From an uncultured bacterium (lineage in GTDB: Bacteria > Krumholzibacteriota > Krumholzibacteriia > Krumholzibacteriales > Krumholzibacteriaceae): 50,960 nucleotides of DNA. A program made the position numbers and the translations under genes. The DNA lies in contig CBDUUV010000002.1 of the NCBI GenBank assembly GCA_965370495.1, positions 1 through 50,960 of the forward strand. Reading direction: 5' to 3'. The notes under the pieces were generated by a model, which was not told the origin of the DNA, did not search any database, and saw only the letters and a list, made by a program, of their open reading frames with translations. Of this stretch, positions 9,509 to 18,406 are shown one piece after another. Position 1 is the stretch's first letter. Each line of letters starts with the position of its first letter.

Positions 9509-11041
9509 ATGGGAAGGCCAAAGCTTGTTGCGGTAATTGTTCTGTCTATTCTGGTTACTTTTTCGACGAAAGGACCGGGGCAGTCGCTCAGGGGTGAAGG
9601 GCATTTCGAGTTTTTCCTCGATGCCGGTTCCCTGCCGCATGGTGATGGCAAGGTCCTGGAATTGTTTCAGATTGCCATTCCTAAAAAAGAAATCAACTAC
9701 AGCTGGACAGAAGAAATCAACTGCAACGGGTCTCAAGAAGGGTGTTTTCAGGCTCTTGTTTCAGTGCATCTGGTGTTGAGCGATCACGAAAAAAAAATAC
9801 TCTACGAAAAACGATCAATGATCCTGGATACCAGGGATTCCGTTCCCATGGATTCCGATCTTGTTGGATTTCTCTATTTAACAGATTCCTGTACGGTGGA
9901 ACCTGGCAGTTATCGATTGAGTGTGCGGGTCGAGGATCTCAAAAAAAGACAAAAAACACTTCTTAGCCTGATGAAAAAGAAATATGAGTATTCGTTCATC
10001 AAAGACGAGGCTATTGAGGTCAGGTTATTTGCAAACAGCAGGGTTGCTCTCAGCGATCCTTTTCTTATCTGGGGAAAAGACAGGGACGGAAGATACATTC
10101 TAAATCCAATCGGTATATATGGCCTCAATAATGATACTCTATCGGTTTTTGCAAAGGCGGTGATACCGGAAATAGCCGAAACCGGTGAAATAAATGTTTA
10201 TATGACAGTAATAGATGATATGAACGAAGTGATTGATTCTCTCGATCTGCTTGTTTCAGTACAGAAGGGCCAGTCCCTGATATTTGGCGAATTCGACGTG
10301 AATACTTATTCTGCTGGAAGTTACAGGATTAATATCGAAGTGTCAGACGGCCGGGGACTGTATACTCGGGCAGGAAAGGATTTCAGCATTGCCTGGAAAC
10401 TTGTTAACTGGCAAAAACCGAAGAGAAACATTCTTATCGAAGCAAGAATTATTTTCGATGGTTCGGATTTTAAAAGATTCAAAAGCGCAAATATAGGTGA
10501 GCAGGAGAAGATCCTGCTCGATTTCTGGAAAAATGAGGATCCAACACCACATACGGCAGTTAATGAGAACTACGATATTTTCAACGAGAGGGTTCGATAT
10601 GCTAACGCGAATTTCAGTGACAGTCGAAAAGGCGCGTTAACGGGCAGGGGGCAGACCTATATAAGGTTTGGTCCGCCCGACGAGATCGTGTCTAAAAGCA
10701 TACCATTCAACAAAGCGGATCTTGATGAAGCGATCGACAAACTCGATAACCAGTATAAGGTTGTGATCCATAATACCTTTAAGGGCCCTGGGACGGAAGT
10801 TGTGCAGATGTACAATATTTCAAATGAACGGGCCAGGATGCACCGTGGTTGGGGGATGGATACAGGGGGATACGAGCTCTGGATATACTCGATGAGGGGA
10901 AAACCTCTTTTTGAAAAGGACCATCTAATGACGATCGGTTCCGGGCTGAGGTTTTTATTTGTAGACAAAAACGGGATCGGGCAATACCTGCTGGTTGGCA
11001 CCTCCGATGATTTCGAAGAGAATACCGGGAATCGTCAATAG
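9509..11041 (+). CDS. GWxTD-domain protein, paralogue 1 (degenerate motif)
   Basis: FWKNEDPTPHTAVNENYDIFNERVRYANANFSDSRKGALTGRGQTYIRFGPPDEI is the GWxTD-domain core. The eponymous motif reads GALTG (nt 10631-10645). N-terminal signal-like segment. Confidence 0.75.
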   Translation: MGRPKLVAVIVLSILVTFSTKGPGQSLRGEGHFEFFLDAGSLPHGDGKVLELFQIAIPKKEINYSWTEEINCNGSQEGCFQALVSVHLVLSDHEKKILYEKRSMILDTRDSVPMDSDLVGFLYLTDSCTVEPGSYRLSVRVEDLKKRQKTLLSLMKKKYEYSFIKDEAIEVRLFANSRVALSDPFLIWGKDRDGRYILNPIGIYGLNNDTLSVFAKAVIPEIAETGEINVYMTVIDDMNEVIDSLDLLVSVQKGQSLIFGEFDVNTYSAGSYRINIEVSDGRGLYTRAGKDFSIAWKLVNWQKPKRNILIEARIIFDGSDFKRFKSANIGEQEKILLDFWKNEDPTPHTAVNENYDIFNERVRYANANFSDSRKGALTGRGQTYIRFGPPDEIVSKSIPFNKADLDEAIDKLDNQYKVVIHNTFKGPGTEVVQMYNISNERARMHRGWGMDTGGYELWIYSMRGKPLFEKDHLMTIGSGLRFLFVDKNGIGQYLLVGTSDDFEENTGNRQ

Positions 11042-11078
11042 AGCAGTTTTGCCACAGGAACGAGCCTGGAATTTTTGG

Positions 11079-11107
11079 TTGACAATAGTGCTTACATCAA
11101 TTATTTT
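11079..11107 (+). promoter_or_regulatory. Putative sigma70-type promoter of the exbB-exbD-exbD-tonB operon (TTGACA-N17-TATTTT)
   Basis: TTGACA at 11079-11084, 17-nt spacer, TATTTT at 11102-11107, about 100 nt upstream of exbB. Confidence 0.5.
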
Positions 11108-11211
11108 GCCGTTAAGAGAGATTGGAATTTTGCTCAGTAATCAATTTAGAACCGTGTTCGAGCGGGTATTGTTGCCATTTTAATTTGTTTTCCGTAGAAG
11201 GAGCGCATCGT

Positions 11212-12078
11212 ATGGTAGAGAGAAGGTACTCGGTAAGGGCTGTTTTTGCCGCTTTCATTCTTTGTCTTGTTGTCGCCTCACCCGTAGTTCTTCTGGCTCA
11301 GGAGACCACCGAGGAAATGTTGGTTATAGAGCCGACACTGCAGTCAGCACAGGATTCGCTTGGAACAGCCAGGAACGATTCGATGGTTGTCGCGAAGGAT
11401 GTTGCTGATATGACAGAGAGAAAAAAGCTCGGTGTAGTCTTGTACAATCTTAAACACAGCGGGATCGGCGAGAAGTATGCGGATGGCGGAAACTTCATGC
11501 ACGCATTGCTTATCGCGTCGATTGTCGGCCTGGTTTTTATTATAGAAAGGCTTGTTACTCTCTCACGCGCTCGTATCAATGTCAGGAGATTGATGGGCGA
11601 TGTACTTGTGAGCATTCGCTCCGATGGGATCGATGGAGCGATGAAAGTATGCGAGAGAAAAAGAGGACCTATCGCTGCTGTTCTTCATTCAGGCCTCTTG
11701 CGTTCAGGCCGCGGCCCTGATGCCGTGAAGGAAGCAATCGAGACGGCAGGAAGTATCGAGACCTCTTTCCTTGAGCGCGGACTGGTGGTCATTGCGACGG
11801 TAGCCCAGGTTGCTCCGCTTCTTGGATTCCTTGGTACGGTATCCGGAATGATCAGTGCGTTCGCTGCTATAGCCTCTGCCGAACAGGTCAGCGCAAAGGT
11901 TGTGGCGTCGGGTATCGAGGAAGCGCTTATTACAACGGCAACAGGTCTGATTATCGCTATTCCGGCGAGTATCGGACACTCCTTCTTTGTTTCGCAGATT
12001 GACCGTTTCGTTCTTGAGATGGAGGAAGCTTCGGCCGAGCTGGTTAATGAACTGATCGAGTTGAATATATCAAGGTAG
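11212..12078 (+). CDS. exbB: MotA/TolQ/ExbB-family proton channel
   Basis: ATG at 11212 is preceded by GAAGGAG; the ORF track opens at 11122 but that extension is Cys-rich and unlike a signal. Signature APLLGFLGTVSGMISAFAAIA...EALITTATGLIIAIPA. Confidence 0.9.
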   Translation: MVERRYSVRAVFAAFILCLVVASPVVLLAQETTEEMLVIEPTLQSAQDSLGTARNDSMVVAKDVADMTERKKLGVVLYNLKHSGIGEKYADGGNFMHALLIASIVGLVFIIERLVTLSRARINVRRLMGDVLVSIRSDGIDGAMKVCERKRGPIAAVLHSGLLRSGRGPDAVKEAIETAGSIETSFLERGLVVIATVAQVAPLLGFLGTVSGMISAFAAIASAEQVSAKVVASGIEEALITTATGLIIAIPASIGHSFFVSQIDRFVLEMEEASAELVNELIELNISR

Positions 12079-12095
12079 TGATTCGGAGCTGAATA

Positions 12096-12506
12096 ATGAT
12101 CAAAAAAAGTGCAAAGGTTTCGGCAGAGTTCAGTACGGCTTCGATGTCTGACATCAACTTTCTGTTGTTGATATTCTTCCTGGTGACTACCATGTTCGCT
12201 GTCGAGAAGGGTCTCCCGATGGCGTTGCCCGGGCAGCAGTCAAAATCGGTCAAGTTGAAAAAAGACAATGTAGTTGTTCTGCAGGCCTTTGCGAACGGTT
12301 CTATAGTTGTTAGGGGTACCGGTCCGATCAATCTTGTCGATCTGAAGCAGTTTGTGGAGAACAAGCTTGTTCAGAACAGCAAAGCTGTGATTGTTATCGA
12401 GACACATCCGGATGCAGATTACGGTATTATGATAGATATCCTGGATGAGCTTCGTCTGGCCAAAGCCGATCGTATCTCGCTGAGGACGATGAAATCCGGG
12501 GCATAG
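12096..12506 (+). CDS. exbD: ExbD/TolR-family biopolymer transport protein (copy 1)
   Basis: 136 aa. N-terminal TM segment MSDINFLLLIFFLVTTMF followed by a periplasmic domain, the typical ExbD layout. Confidence 0.9.
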   Translation: MIKKSAKVSAEFSTASMSDINFLLLIFFLVTTMFAVEKGLPMALPGQQSKSVKLKKDNVVVLQAFANGSIVVRGTGPINLVDLKQFVENKLVQNSKAVIVIETHPDADYGIMIDILDELRLAKADRISLRTMKSGA

Positions 12507-12518
12507 AGGAGAAGTAGC

Positions 12519-12923
12519 TTGAAGATTACCAAGAAGACATCTGTATCGAACAGCATACCTACAGGGTCAATGGCTGATATTATTTTTCTACTCCTGATCT
12601 TCTTCATGGTAACTACTATATTCAAACTGGAAGAGGGGCTTCCTATCACTTTGCCGCGTGCGGAAACAGGTAGCGAGCTCGACAGGGAGAGATTGGTACA
12701 TGTATGGGCCGATCGTTTCAACAGGATAAGTATTAACGACAAGCTGATTCCAATTGATTATATTGATATGGTTATCAAATCCAGATTAGAAGAGAATCGC
12801 GCCCTGATCGTCGCATTCAATATCGATCATCGCACAAAGTACAGTCTTGTCTCCGAGATCATCGAACAGTTGAAAGAAGCCAACGCCGTCAATGTGACAT
12901 TTGTTTCAGTCGGTGATGAGTGA
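12519..12923 (+). CDS. exbD: ExbD/TolR-family biopolymer transport protein (copy 2)
   Basis: 134 aa, TTG start. SMADIIFLLLIFFMVTTIF is paralogous to the upstream copy. Confidence 0.9.
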   Translation: MKITKKTSVSNSIPTGSMADIIFLLLIFFMVTTIFKLEEGLPITLPRAETGSELDRERLVHVWADRFNRISINDKLIPIDYIDMVIKSRLEENRALIVAFNIDHRTKYSLVSEIIEQLKEANAVNVTFVSVGDE

Positions 12924-12949
12924 GATCCTTACAATACAAGGGGTAAAGG

Positions 12950-13582
12950 GTGGCCACAGTAGCTATTGCGAATCAGGAGTTCAAGAGAGGATACAACAGG
13001 TATCTGCGTAATTCTCTATATGGTGCCGTTGTTATACATTTTCTGGGAATCTATTTCTCTCCTCCATTCGAGTTCAAGCCGTATGTATTGAAGGAACAGG
13101 AATTCATCGTCATCGAAACCGCGGATGATTTTGTGCTTCCGCCTCCACCCAAGGAAATCGATCAACCGGCCATCCCGATAGCTGCAGCCGAGGGCGAAGA
13201 AGTAGATGAAGATGTCGAGATAGCTCCTACAAGTTTTGACAATATAGACGTGCTGCCTCCTCCGCCACCGTTACCGTCTGAAACAGCCCAGGATTTCTTT
13301 GCCTTTGATGAACCGCCAATGCTGGTCAAATATGTAGCGCCGAAGTATCCGAACCTGGCCCAGCAGGCCGGAATCGAGGGAACTGTGCTGATCCGGGTGG
13401 TAGTCGGCATAGATGGCAAGGTGGAAGACGCCAGTATCATACAATCAGATGTTACTACGGCTATGGAGAGAGCCGCGCTGGCGGCAGCCAGGAAGTTTAT
13501 TTTCAAACCGGCCAAGCAGCGTACTGTTGCGGTCAGAGCTTCGATGGCTGTGCCTATCAGGTTCAAACTGCACGGCAGATAG
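12950..13582 (+). CDS. tonB: TonB-family energy transducer
   Basis: GTG start. N-terminal TM (LYGAVVIHFLGIYF), Pro-rich linker (LPPPPKE...PPPPPLP), and a C-terminal TonB_C-like YPNLAQQAGIEGTVLIRVVVGIDGKVEDASIIQS. Confidence 0.85.
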   Translation: MATVAIANQEFKRGYNRYLRNSLYGAVVIHFLGIYFSPPFEFKPYVLKEQEFIVIETADDFVLPPPPKEIDQPAIPIAAAEGEEVDEDVEIAPTSFDNIDVLPPPPPLPSETAQDFFAFDEPPMLVKYVAPKYPNLAQQAGIEGTVLIRVVVGIDGKVEDASIIQSDVTTAMERAALAAARKFIFKPAKQRTVAVRASMAVPIRFKLHGR

Positions 13583-13613
13583 CAGATGACACTGCGATTA
13601 TCAGCGATACCGG

Positions 13614-13639
13614 GCCCGGTTACAGTACCGGGCTTTTTT
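13614..13639 (+). terminator. Rho-independent terminator after tonB
   Basis: Perfect 7-bp stem GCCCGGT (13614-13620) / ACCGGGC (13627-13633), 6-nt loop, then TTTTTT (13634-13639). Confidence 0.7.
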
Positions 13640-13764
13640 ATTGTCAATTTGTGTAAGAAGTTGACATGGAAACAAAGTTGTTTGAAACTTAAAGCAGGAA
13701 AGCTCGTATATTTATATTATTGTGCTGAGTGTCACAATATTACCTGTGGGAGAAAGGTGCGGGC

Positions 13765-15120
13765 ATGAGAGTTATTTCGATTTTTTTTACGCTGATGATC
13801 TTGATGGCTGGTTTTCCAGGAATCTCCGGTTCGGTTGTTTCGAATTGTGAAGCTGCCGGGATGGAGGTACTTACACTGGAGGAATGTATAAAGATAGCTT
13901 TGAAAAACAATCCAGATGTGCATATCGCGGAAGAAGGCGTGAAAAAATCGGAAAGTAATCTGAAACACAATTATGGCAACCTCCTTCCAAATCTTACTGC
14001 CTCGCTTTCATCGGGGCATGTTTATTTCGGGCCCTCTTCGGTTCAGTTCGATTCGCAGGGCCGGCCGGTCCGGAACACCGGGTTTGATTATAATAACTAC
14101 GGGTTCAGGATCACTTCCGACCTGGTCGTGTTTGCTGGTGGAGGAAACTACAGCAGAATCAATTCCGCGCGGCACAACAGGAATGCTGCTCTGGAACAGC
14201 TTCAATACAGCAGGGATGTAATGGCTGCGGACGTGATACGGACATATTACGATCTAGTGAGAAACAAGATGCTTCATATCGTCCAGAAAGAAAGTTCGGA
14301 ACAGGCGAAAAAAAACCTGTTGCGTTCGGAAGCTATGTTGGAAGTGGGCTCAGGTACCAGGGCCGATGTGCTGAAGGCAAAGGTGAGGCATTCGAATACA
14401 CTTCTGGCGTTGATCCGTACAAGAAACCAGACGGAACTGGCGCGTGAGGAACTGATGGCCCTGATGAATATCGGAACAGGAAGGATCATTGATGGTGATA
14501 CATCGCTGGTTATTGATCTTATGAAACACGATACTGATTCAGAGATCTCTTTTGCGATCGATCACAGGTCTGACCTGAAAAGCCTGGATTACTCCAAAAA
14601 AGCCGCAGAGTCAGGAATAACAAGTGCCAAGAGCGGCTGGTTTCCGGTAATCGGGGCCAGTTTCGGATACATCTGGAATGACAGGGAGATGGCAGACAAC
14701 CTGAATTTCTTCAGAGAGGAATATCAGTGGAGCATTACAGGTTATATCAGTCTTAATCTCTTCGATCGTTTTCTGACGAGTGCGAATGTCGCGGTAGCGA
14801 AGGCGGATTACAGGATAGCTGAATTCAATCTGGAGAAAAGCAGGATATTTGCTGTAAAAGAAATCAAGAGCCTGCTTTTCGGCATACGTGAAGCAACCGA
14901 AAGGATAAGCGTTGCAACAGAGACCGTAGAACAGGCGAATGAGGATGTAAGGCTCGCGGAAGAGCGGTACAGGGTGGGGGCCGGAACGATGCTTGAAACA
15001 ATAGATGCACAGGTAGCCCTCACGCAGGCCAGGGCTGATGTCATAGATGCCAAGTGTGACTATCTCATTGCTGTAGCAGATCTGGCCAGAGCGACCGGGC
15101 GGAGAAACAATAGCCGGTGA
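13765..15120 (+). CDS. TolC-family outer-membrane efflux protein
   Basis: ATG at 13765 follows GGGAGAAAGG; the ORF track opens at 13729. It has a signal peptide. LTLEECIKIALKNNPDVHIAEEGVKKSESNLK and a second repeat half ending ...DYLIAVADLARATG are typical OEP repeats. Confidence 0.9.
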   Translation: MRVISIFFTLMILMAGFPGISGSVVSNCEAAGMEVLTLEECIKIALKNNPDVHIAEEGVKKSESNLKHNYGNLLPNLTASLSSGHVYFGPSSVQFDSQGRPVRNTGFDYNNYGFRITSDLVVFAGGGNYSRINSARHNRNAALEQLQYSRDVMAADVIRTYYDLVRNKMLHIVQKESSEQAKKNLLRSEAMLEVGSGTRADVLKAKVRHSNTLLALIRTRNQTELAREELMALMNIGTGRIIDGDTSLVIDLMKHDTDSEISFAIDHRSDLKSLDYSKKAAESGITSAKSGWFPVIGASFGYIWNDREMADNLNFFREEYQWSITGYISLNLFDRFLTSANVAVAKADYRIAEFNLEKSRIFAVKEIKSLLFGIREATERISVATETVEQANEDVRLAEERYRVGAGTMLETIDAQVALTQARADVIDAKCDYLIAVADLARATGRRNNSR

Positions 15121-15163
15121 GAATTGCCGTGTGGGGGCGTAATCGGGATACAGGAGAATACAG

Positions 15164-15847
15164 ATGATGATAAAGGTCGAGGGAGTAACGAAGGTCTATG
15201 AAGTGGGAACCCAGAAGATCATGGCAGTCGCCGGTGTTGATATCGAGATAGCGGCAAATGAATATTTATCGATAATGGGGCCATCGGGTTCGGGAAAATC
15301 CACGTTGATGAATATTTTGGGATGCCTTGATACTCCGACTTCGGGGCTGTATACACTCAACGGTCAGGAAGTCAGTAACCTGAGCGATGATGAATTGGCC
15401 TACATTCGGAATAAAGAGATAGGGTTCGTATTCCAGACCTTCAACCTTCTGCCCAGGGCTACAGCGCTTCAGAATGTAGAGCTTCCCCTTATCTACGGTG
15501 GTTGTTCACCAGACGAGAGGCATGAAAGGGCCAGCAAGGCTCTCGATGCGGTCGGCCTGTCCGACAGGATCACTCACAGGCCGAATGAACTTTCAGGGGG
15601 GCAGCGACAGAGAGTCGCCATTGCAAGGGCCATGGTCAATAACCCTTCGATAATACTGGCGGATGAGCCTACTGGCAACCTGGACAGCAGCACCGGCAAA
15701 GAGATCATGAATATATTCAATGAGATACATAACGCCGGGAACACAATAATAATGGTAACACACGAAGAATATATCGCCAAGTATTCGAGACGTATTGTAA
15801 GATTATTCGATGGCCTGATATCATCAGACAAGTATGTTCGTAATTAA
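15164..15847 (+). CDS. ABC transporter ATP-binding protein, MacB/LolD-type (stand-alone ATPase)
   Basis: Walker [11 protein letters not shown]-loop, signature [14 protein letters not shown], Walker [13 protein letters not shown]-loop VTHE. Confidence 0.92.
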   Translation: MMIKVEGVTKVYEVGTQKIMAVAGVDIEIAANEYLSIMGPSGSGKSTLMNILGCLDTPTSGLYTLNGQEVSNLSDDELAYIRNKEIGFVFQTFNLLPRATALQNVELPLIYGGCSPDERHERASKALDAVGLSDRITHRPNELSGGQRQRVAIARAMVNNPSIILADEPTGNLDSSTGKEIMNIFNEIHNAGNTIIMVTHEEYIAKYSRRIVRLFDGLISSDKYVRN

Positions 15848-15886
15848 AAAAAAATCAGGGTTCAACGGAACAATCAGGGGGATTTA

Positions 15887-17104
15887 ATGAAAAAGAAGCA
15901 TTGGATTATTCTGGGCGCCATAGTTGTAGTCGCGTTTCTTGTATTTGTAAATATAAAAGCAAAAAGAGGAAAAGCTTTTCCTGTCCAGGCCGAAACGGTT
16001 GAGAAAAGGGATTTGGCGATGATCATTTCGGCCTCGGGGAGTATACGCCCGAAAAGACAGGTGGATATAAGCGCCAGTACGATAGGTAAAGTGACCGAGG
16101 TTGCGGTCAAGGAAGGCGACAAGGTCAAGGATGGACAGTTTCTTATTCAGATAGACCCGATTCAACTGGAATCCAACGTTGCCCAGCTCCAGGCGACACT
16201 CGATTCATCGGTCGAGGAAGAAAAAAGCGCCCTGATCCAACGCAGAAAGACAAAAAGTGACCTGGACAGGATCAGGAAGCTTGACCGGGAATTTCGGACT
16301 GACCAGGAAGCGGAGGTTGCACAGGCGAATTATGATATCGCCGTGTCCAGCCTCGAGTCTGCCAGATACAGGATCAATCAGCAGAGAGCGATGCTGCAGA
16401 GCGCCATGCATAATCTGAAGGAGGTAACGATAACATCGGGGATGGAAGGTGTCGTTACCAGGTTGAATGTCGAGGAGGGTGAGATCGCCATTATGGGGAC
16501 TCTCAATAATGCCGGCACGGTTCTGATGACGATAGCCGATCTTTCAACAATCGAAGTAGAGGTCGAAGTCGACGAAACTGAAGTAGTAAACATCAAGCTT
16601 GGTGACGAAGTGGAAATAACCCTCGATGCGTTTCCTGATACTTCTTACGTCGGTGAAGTCACGGAAATTGGTAACAGCCCCATATTATCATCAGGACAGC
16701 AGGGTGTGGATTTCAAGGTCGTGATCACTGTCACAGATACGATTCTCAATGTCAGGCCGGGGCTTTCCGCTGACGCCGAGATAATGGTCGCCGAAAGAAA
16801 GGATGCTGTAAGTATCCCTATACAGAGCCTTACCGTCAGGAGGGCAAAGGATCTTGAAGGATATGAAAAACCGGATTCGACAGCGGTGGATGATTCTGAA
16901 AAGGAGATCGAGGGCGTCTTTATAGTGGACGGAGGAAAAGGCATCTTCAAACCAGTCGAGGTCGGAATATCCAGCCAGAAATATTTTGAAGTCATCTCTG
17001 GCGTTGAGGAAAACGAAGAAGTCGTAAACGGGAATTTCAAGGCGATAAGAGACCTCAAAGATGGCCAGAGAGTAAAAGTTACAAAGAAAAGCAAAAAGAA
17101 ATAG
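15887..17104 (+). CDS. HlyD/MacA-family periplasmic adaptor (membrane fusion protein)
   Basis: N-terminal TM. Lipoyl-like GKVTEVAVKEGDKVKDGQFLIQID, a long coiled-coil segment, and beta-barrel/MP domains (GMEGVVTRLNVEEGE...). Confidence 0.85.
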   Translation: MKKKHWIILGAIVVVAFLVFVNIKAKRGKAFPVQAETVEKRDLAMIISASGSIRPKRQVDISASTIGKVTEVAVKEGDKVKDGQFLIQIDPIQLESNVAQLQATLDSSVEEEKSALIQRRKTKSDLDRIRKLDREFRTDQEAEVAQANYDIAVSSLESARYRINQQRAMLQSAMHNLKEVTITSGMEGVVTRLNVEEGEIAIMGTLNNAGTVLMTIADLSTIEVEVEVDETEVVNIKLGDEVEITLDAFPDTSYVGEVTEIGNSPILSSGQQGVDFKVVITVTDTILNVRPGLSADAEIMVAERKDAVSIPIQSLTVRRAKDLEGYEKPDSTAVDDSEKEIEGVFIVDGGKGIFKPVEVGISSQKYFEVISGVEENEEVVNGNFKAIRDLKDGQRVKVTKKSKKK

Positions 17105-17147
17105 CGGCCTTACAGGGGGGTGCCCGACGCTGTGGTTACCCCGGGAT

Positions 17148-18386
17148 ATGAAGGTTATGCTGATATACCAGGGAATCCGGATCGCGTTCAACGCGCTTCG
17201 GGAGAACAAACTGCGCACCTTTCTCACGCTTCTTGGCAACATTGTCGGAACGATGTCGGTTATCGCCATAGTCTCCCTGATCGGCGGGGTGGATGATTAT
17301 GTCAAGGAAGAAGTCGCCGGTGAAGGAAGCAATGTTTTCTCGATCGAAAGGGTGAATTTGTTTGAGGCTATCACGGATCTCGACGCGTTTCTGAAGGCTA
17401 TAGCGAGAAACAAGGTCATCAGGCTCGGGGATGTCGACTATCTGAGAGACAAGATACCGTCAGCATCGTTTATCGGAGCCGCGGCGAACGCAAGTGAAAC
17501 GATAGTTGCTATGAAGAATGAGATCGAAAATGTTCGTATAAAGGGCCGTTCGGAAGAATATTCTGTTATCGAAAAGGTGGATCTCCACATCGGGAGGCAT
17601 ATATCCCGTATTGAGGACGAACACAGCGCTGCAGTGGCCGTACTGGGATGGGATATCAATGAACACCTGTTCGAGGGGCGTGATCCGCTTGGAAAGAAGA
17701 TAAAAATCGGTAACAAGCATTTCAGGGTGATAGGAGTGATAAAGTCCAGGGGGACGATGTTCGGTGAATCCAGGGACAGGTTTGTCTATATCCCGATCAG
17801 GACTTTCCTGAAAAAGTATGGGGCCAGGACATCTATCGAGGTCAAGGTCAAGGCCGCGGATATCGAACTCCTTAACCAGGCTGTCGATGAAGCTACGATG
17901 GCCATGCGCATAAGGCATGGGCTGAGGCCTCTTGAAGATAATGATTTCAATATCATAACTTCTCAGAACCTTATTTCCCTGTGGGAAAAGATATCTTCGA
18001 ATATATTCAAGGCGCTTATCTTTGTAGTATCGATCGCCCTTGTGATTGGTGGTGTGGTCCTCATGAATGTCATGCTCGTTTCGGTCACCGAAAGAACGAG
18101 GGAAATAGGTCTCAGGAAAGCTCTTGGAGCAAGGCGCTCGAATATTATCTGGCAGTTTATAGTCGAGTCTATCACGTTGTCGCTAATCGGGGGGATCCTG
18201 GGAATCGTAACCGGTTTTACGATAGCTGCGATAATCTCCATGGTATCTCCTCTGCCATATGTGATCGAATCATGGTCGATAGTCGCTGGTCTTGTGACGA
18301 CATTTCTTATCGGACTCATTTTCGGTACCTATCCGGCGAACAAAGCCGCCGGCCTCGATCCCGTGGTGGCGCTGCATCATGAATAA
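17148..18386 (+). CDS. MacB/FtsX-family ABC permease, paralogue 1
   Basis: 412 aa. TM1, a large periplasmic domain, and a C-terminal FtsX module with LVSVTERTREIGLRKALGARRSNI and a terminal ...YPANKAAGLDPVVALHHE. Confidence 0.9.
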   Translation: MKVMLIYQGIRIAFNALRENKLRTFLTLLGNIVGTMSVIAIVSLIGGVDDYVKEEVAGEGSNVFSIERVNLFEAITDLDAFLKAIARNKVIRLGDVDYLRDKIPSASFIGAAANASETIVAMKNEIENVRIKGRSEEYSVIEKVDLHIGRHISRIEDEHSAAVAVLGWDINEHLFEGRDPLGKKIKIGNKHFRVIGVIKSRGTMFGESRDRFVYIPIRTFLKKYGARTSIEVKVKAADIELLNQAVDEATMAMRIRHGLRPLEDNDFNIITSQNLISLWEKISSNIFKALIFVVSIALVIGGVVLMNVMLVSVTERTREIGLRKALGARRSNIIWQFIVESITLSLIGGILGIVTGFTIAAIISMVSPLPYVIESWSIVAGLVTTFLIGLIFGTYPANKAAGLDPVVALHHE

Positions 18387-18406
18387 CGTTAGCGGGGAAA
18401 GAAGAA

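Noticed and set aside
10847-10864. GWGMDT in GWxTD paralogue 1, which superficially looks like the family motif.
   Set aside because: It lies about 70 residues downstream of the position that aligns with GWETD of paralogue 2. The aligned position reads GALTG (10631-10645), so the GWGMDT match is coincidental.
11122-11211. N-terminal extensions in the ORF track (11122 for exbB; also 13729 for tolC, 31358 for mreD, 45491 for the amidohydrolase, 5964 and 8500 for the orphan and PorV-like genes).
   Set aside because: Internal ATG/GTG codons with well-spaced Shine-Dalgarno sequences give canonical N-termini or signal peptides. The extensions overlap upstream genes or promoters and look non-protein-like.
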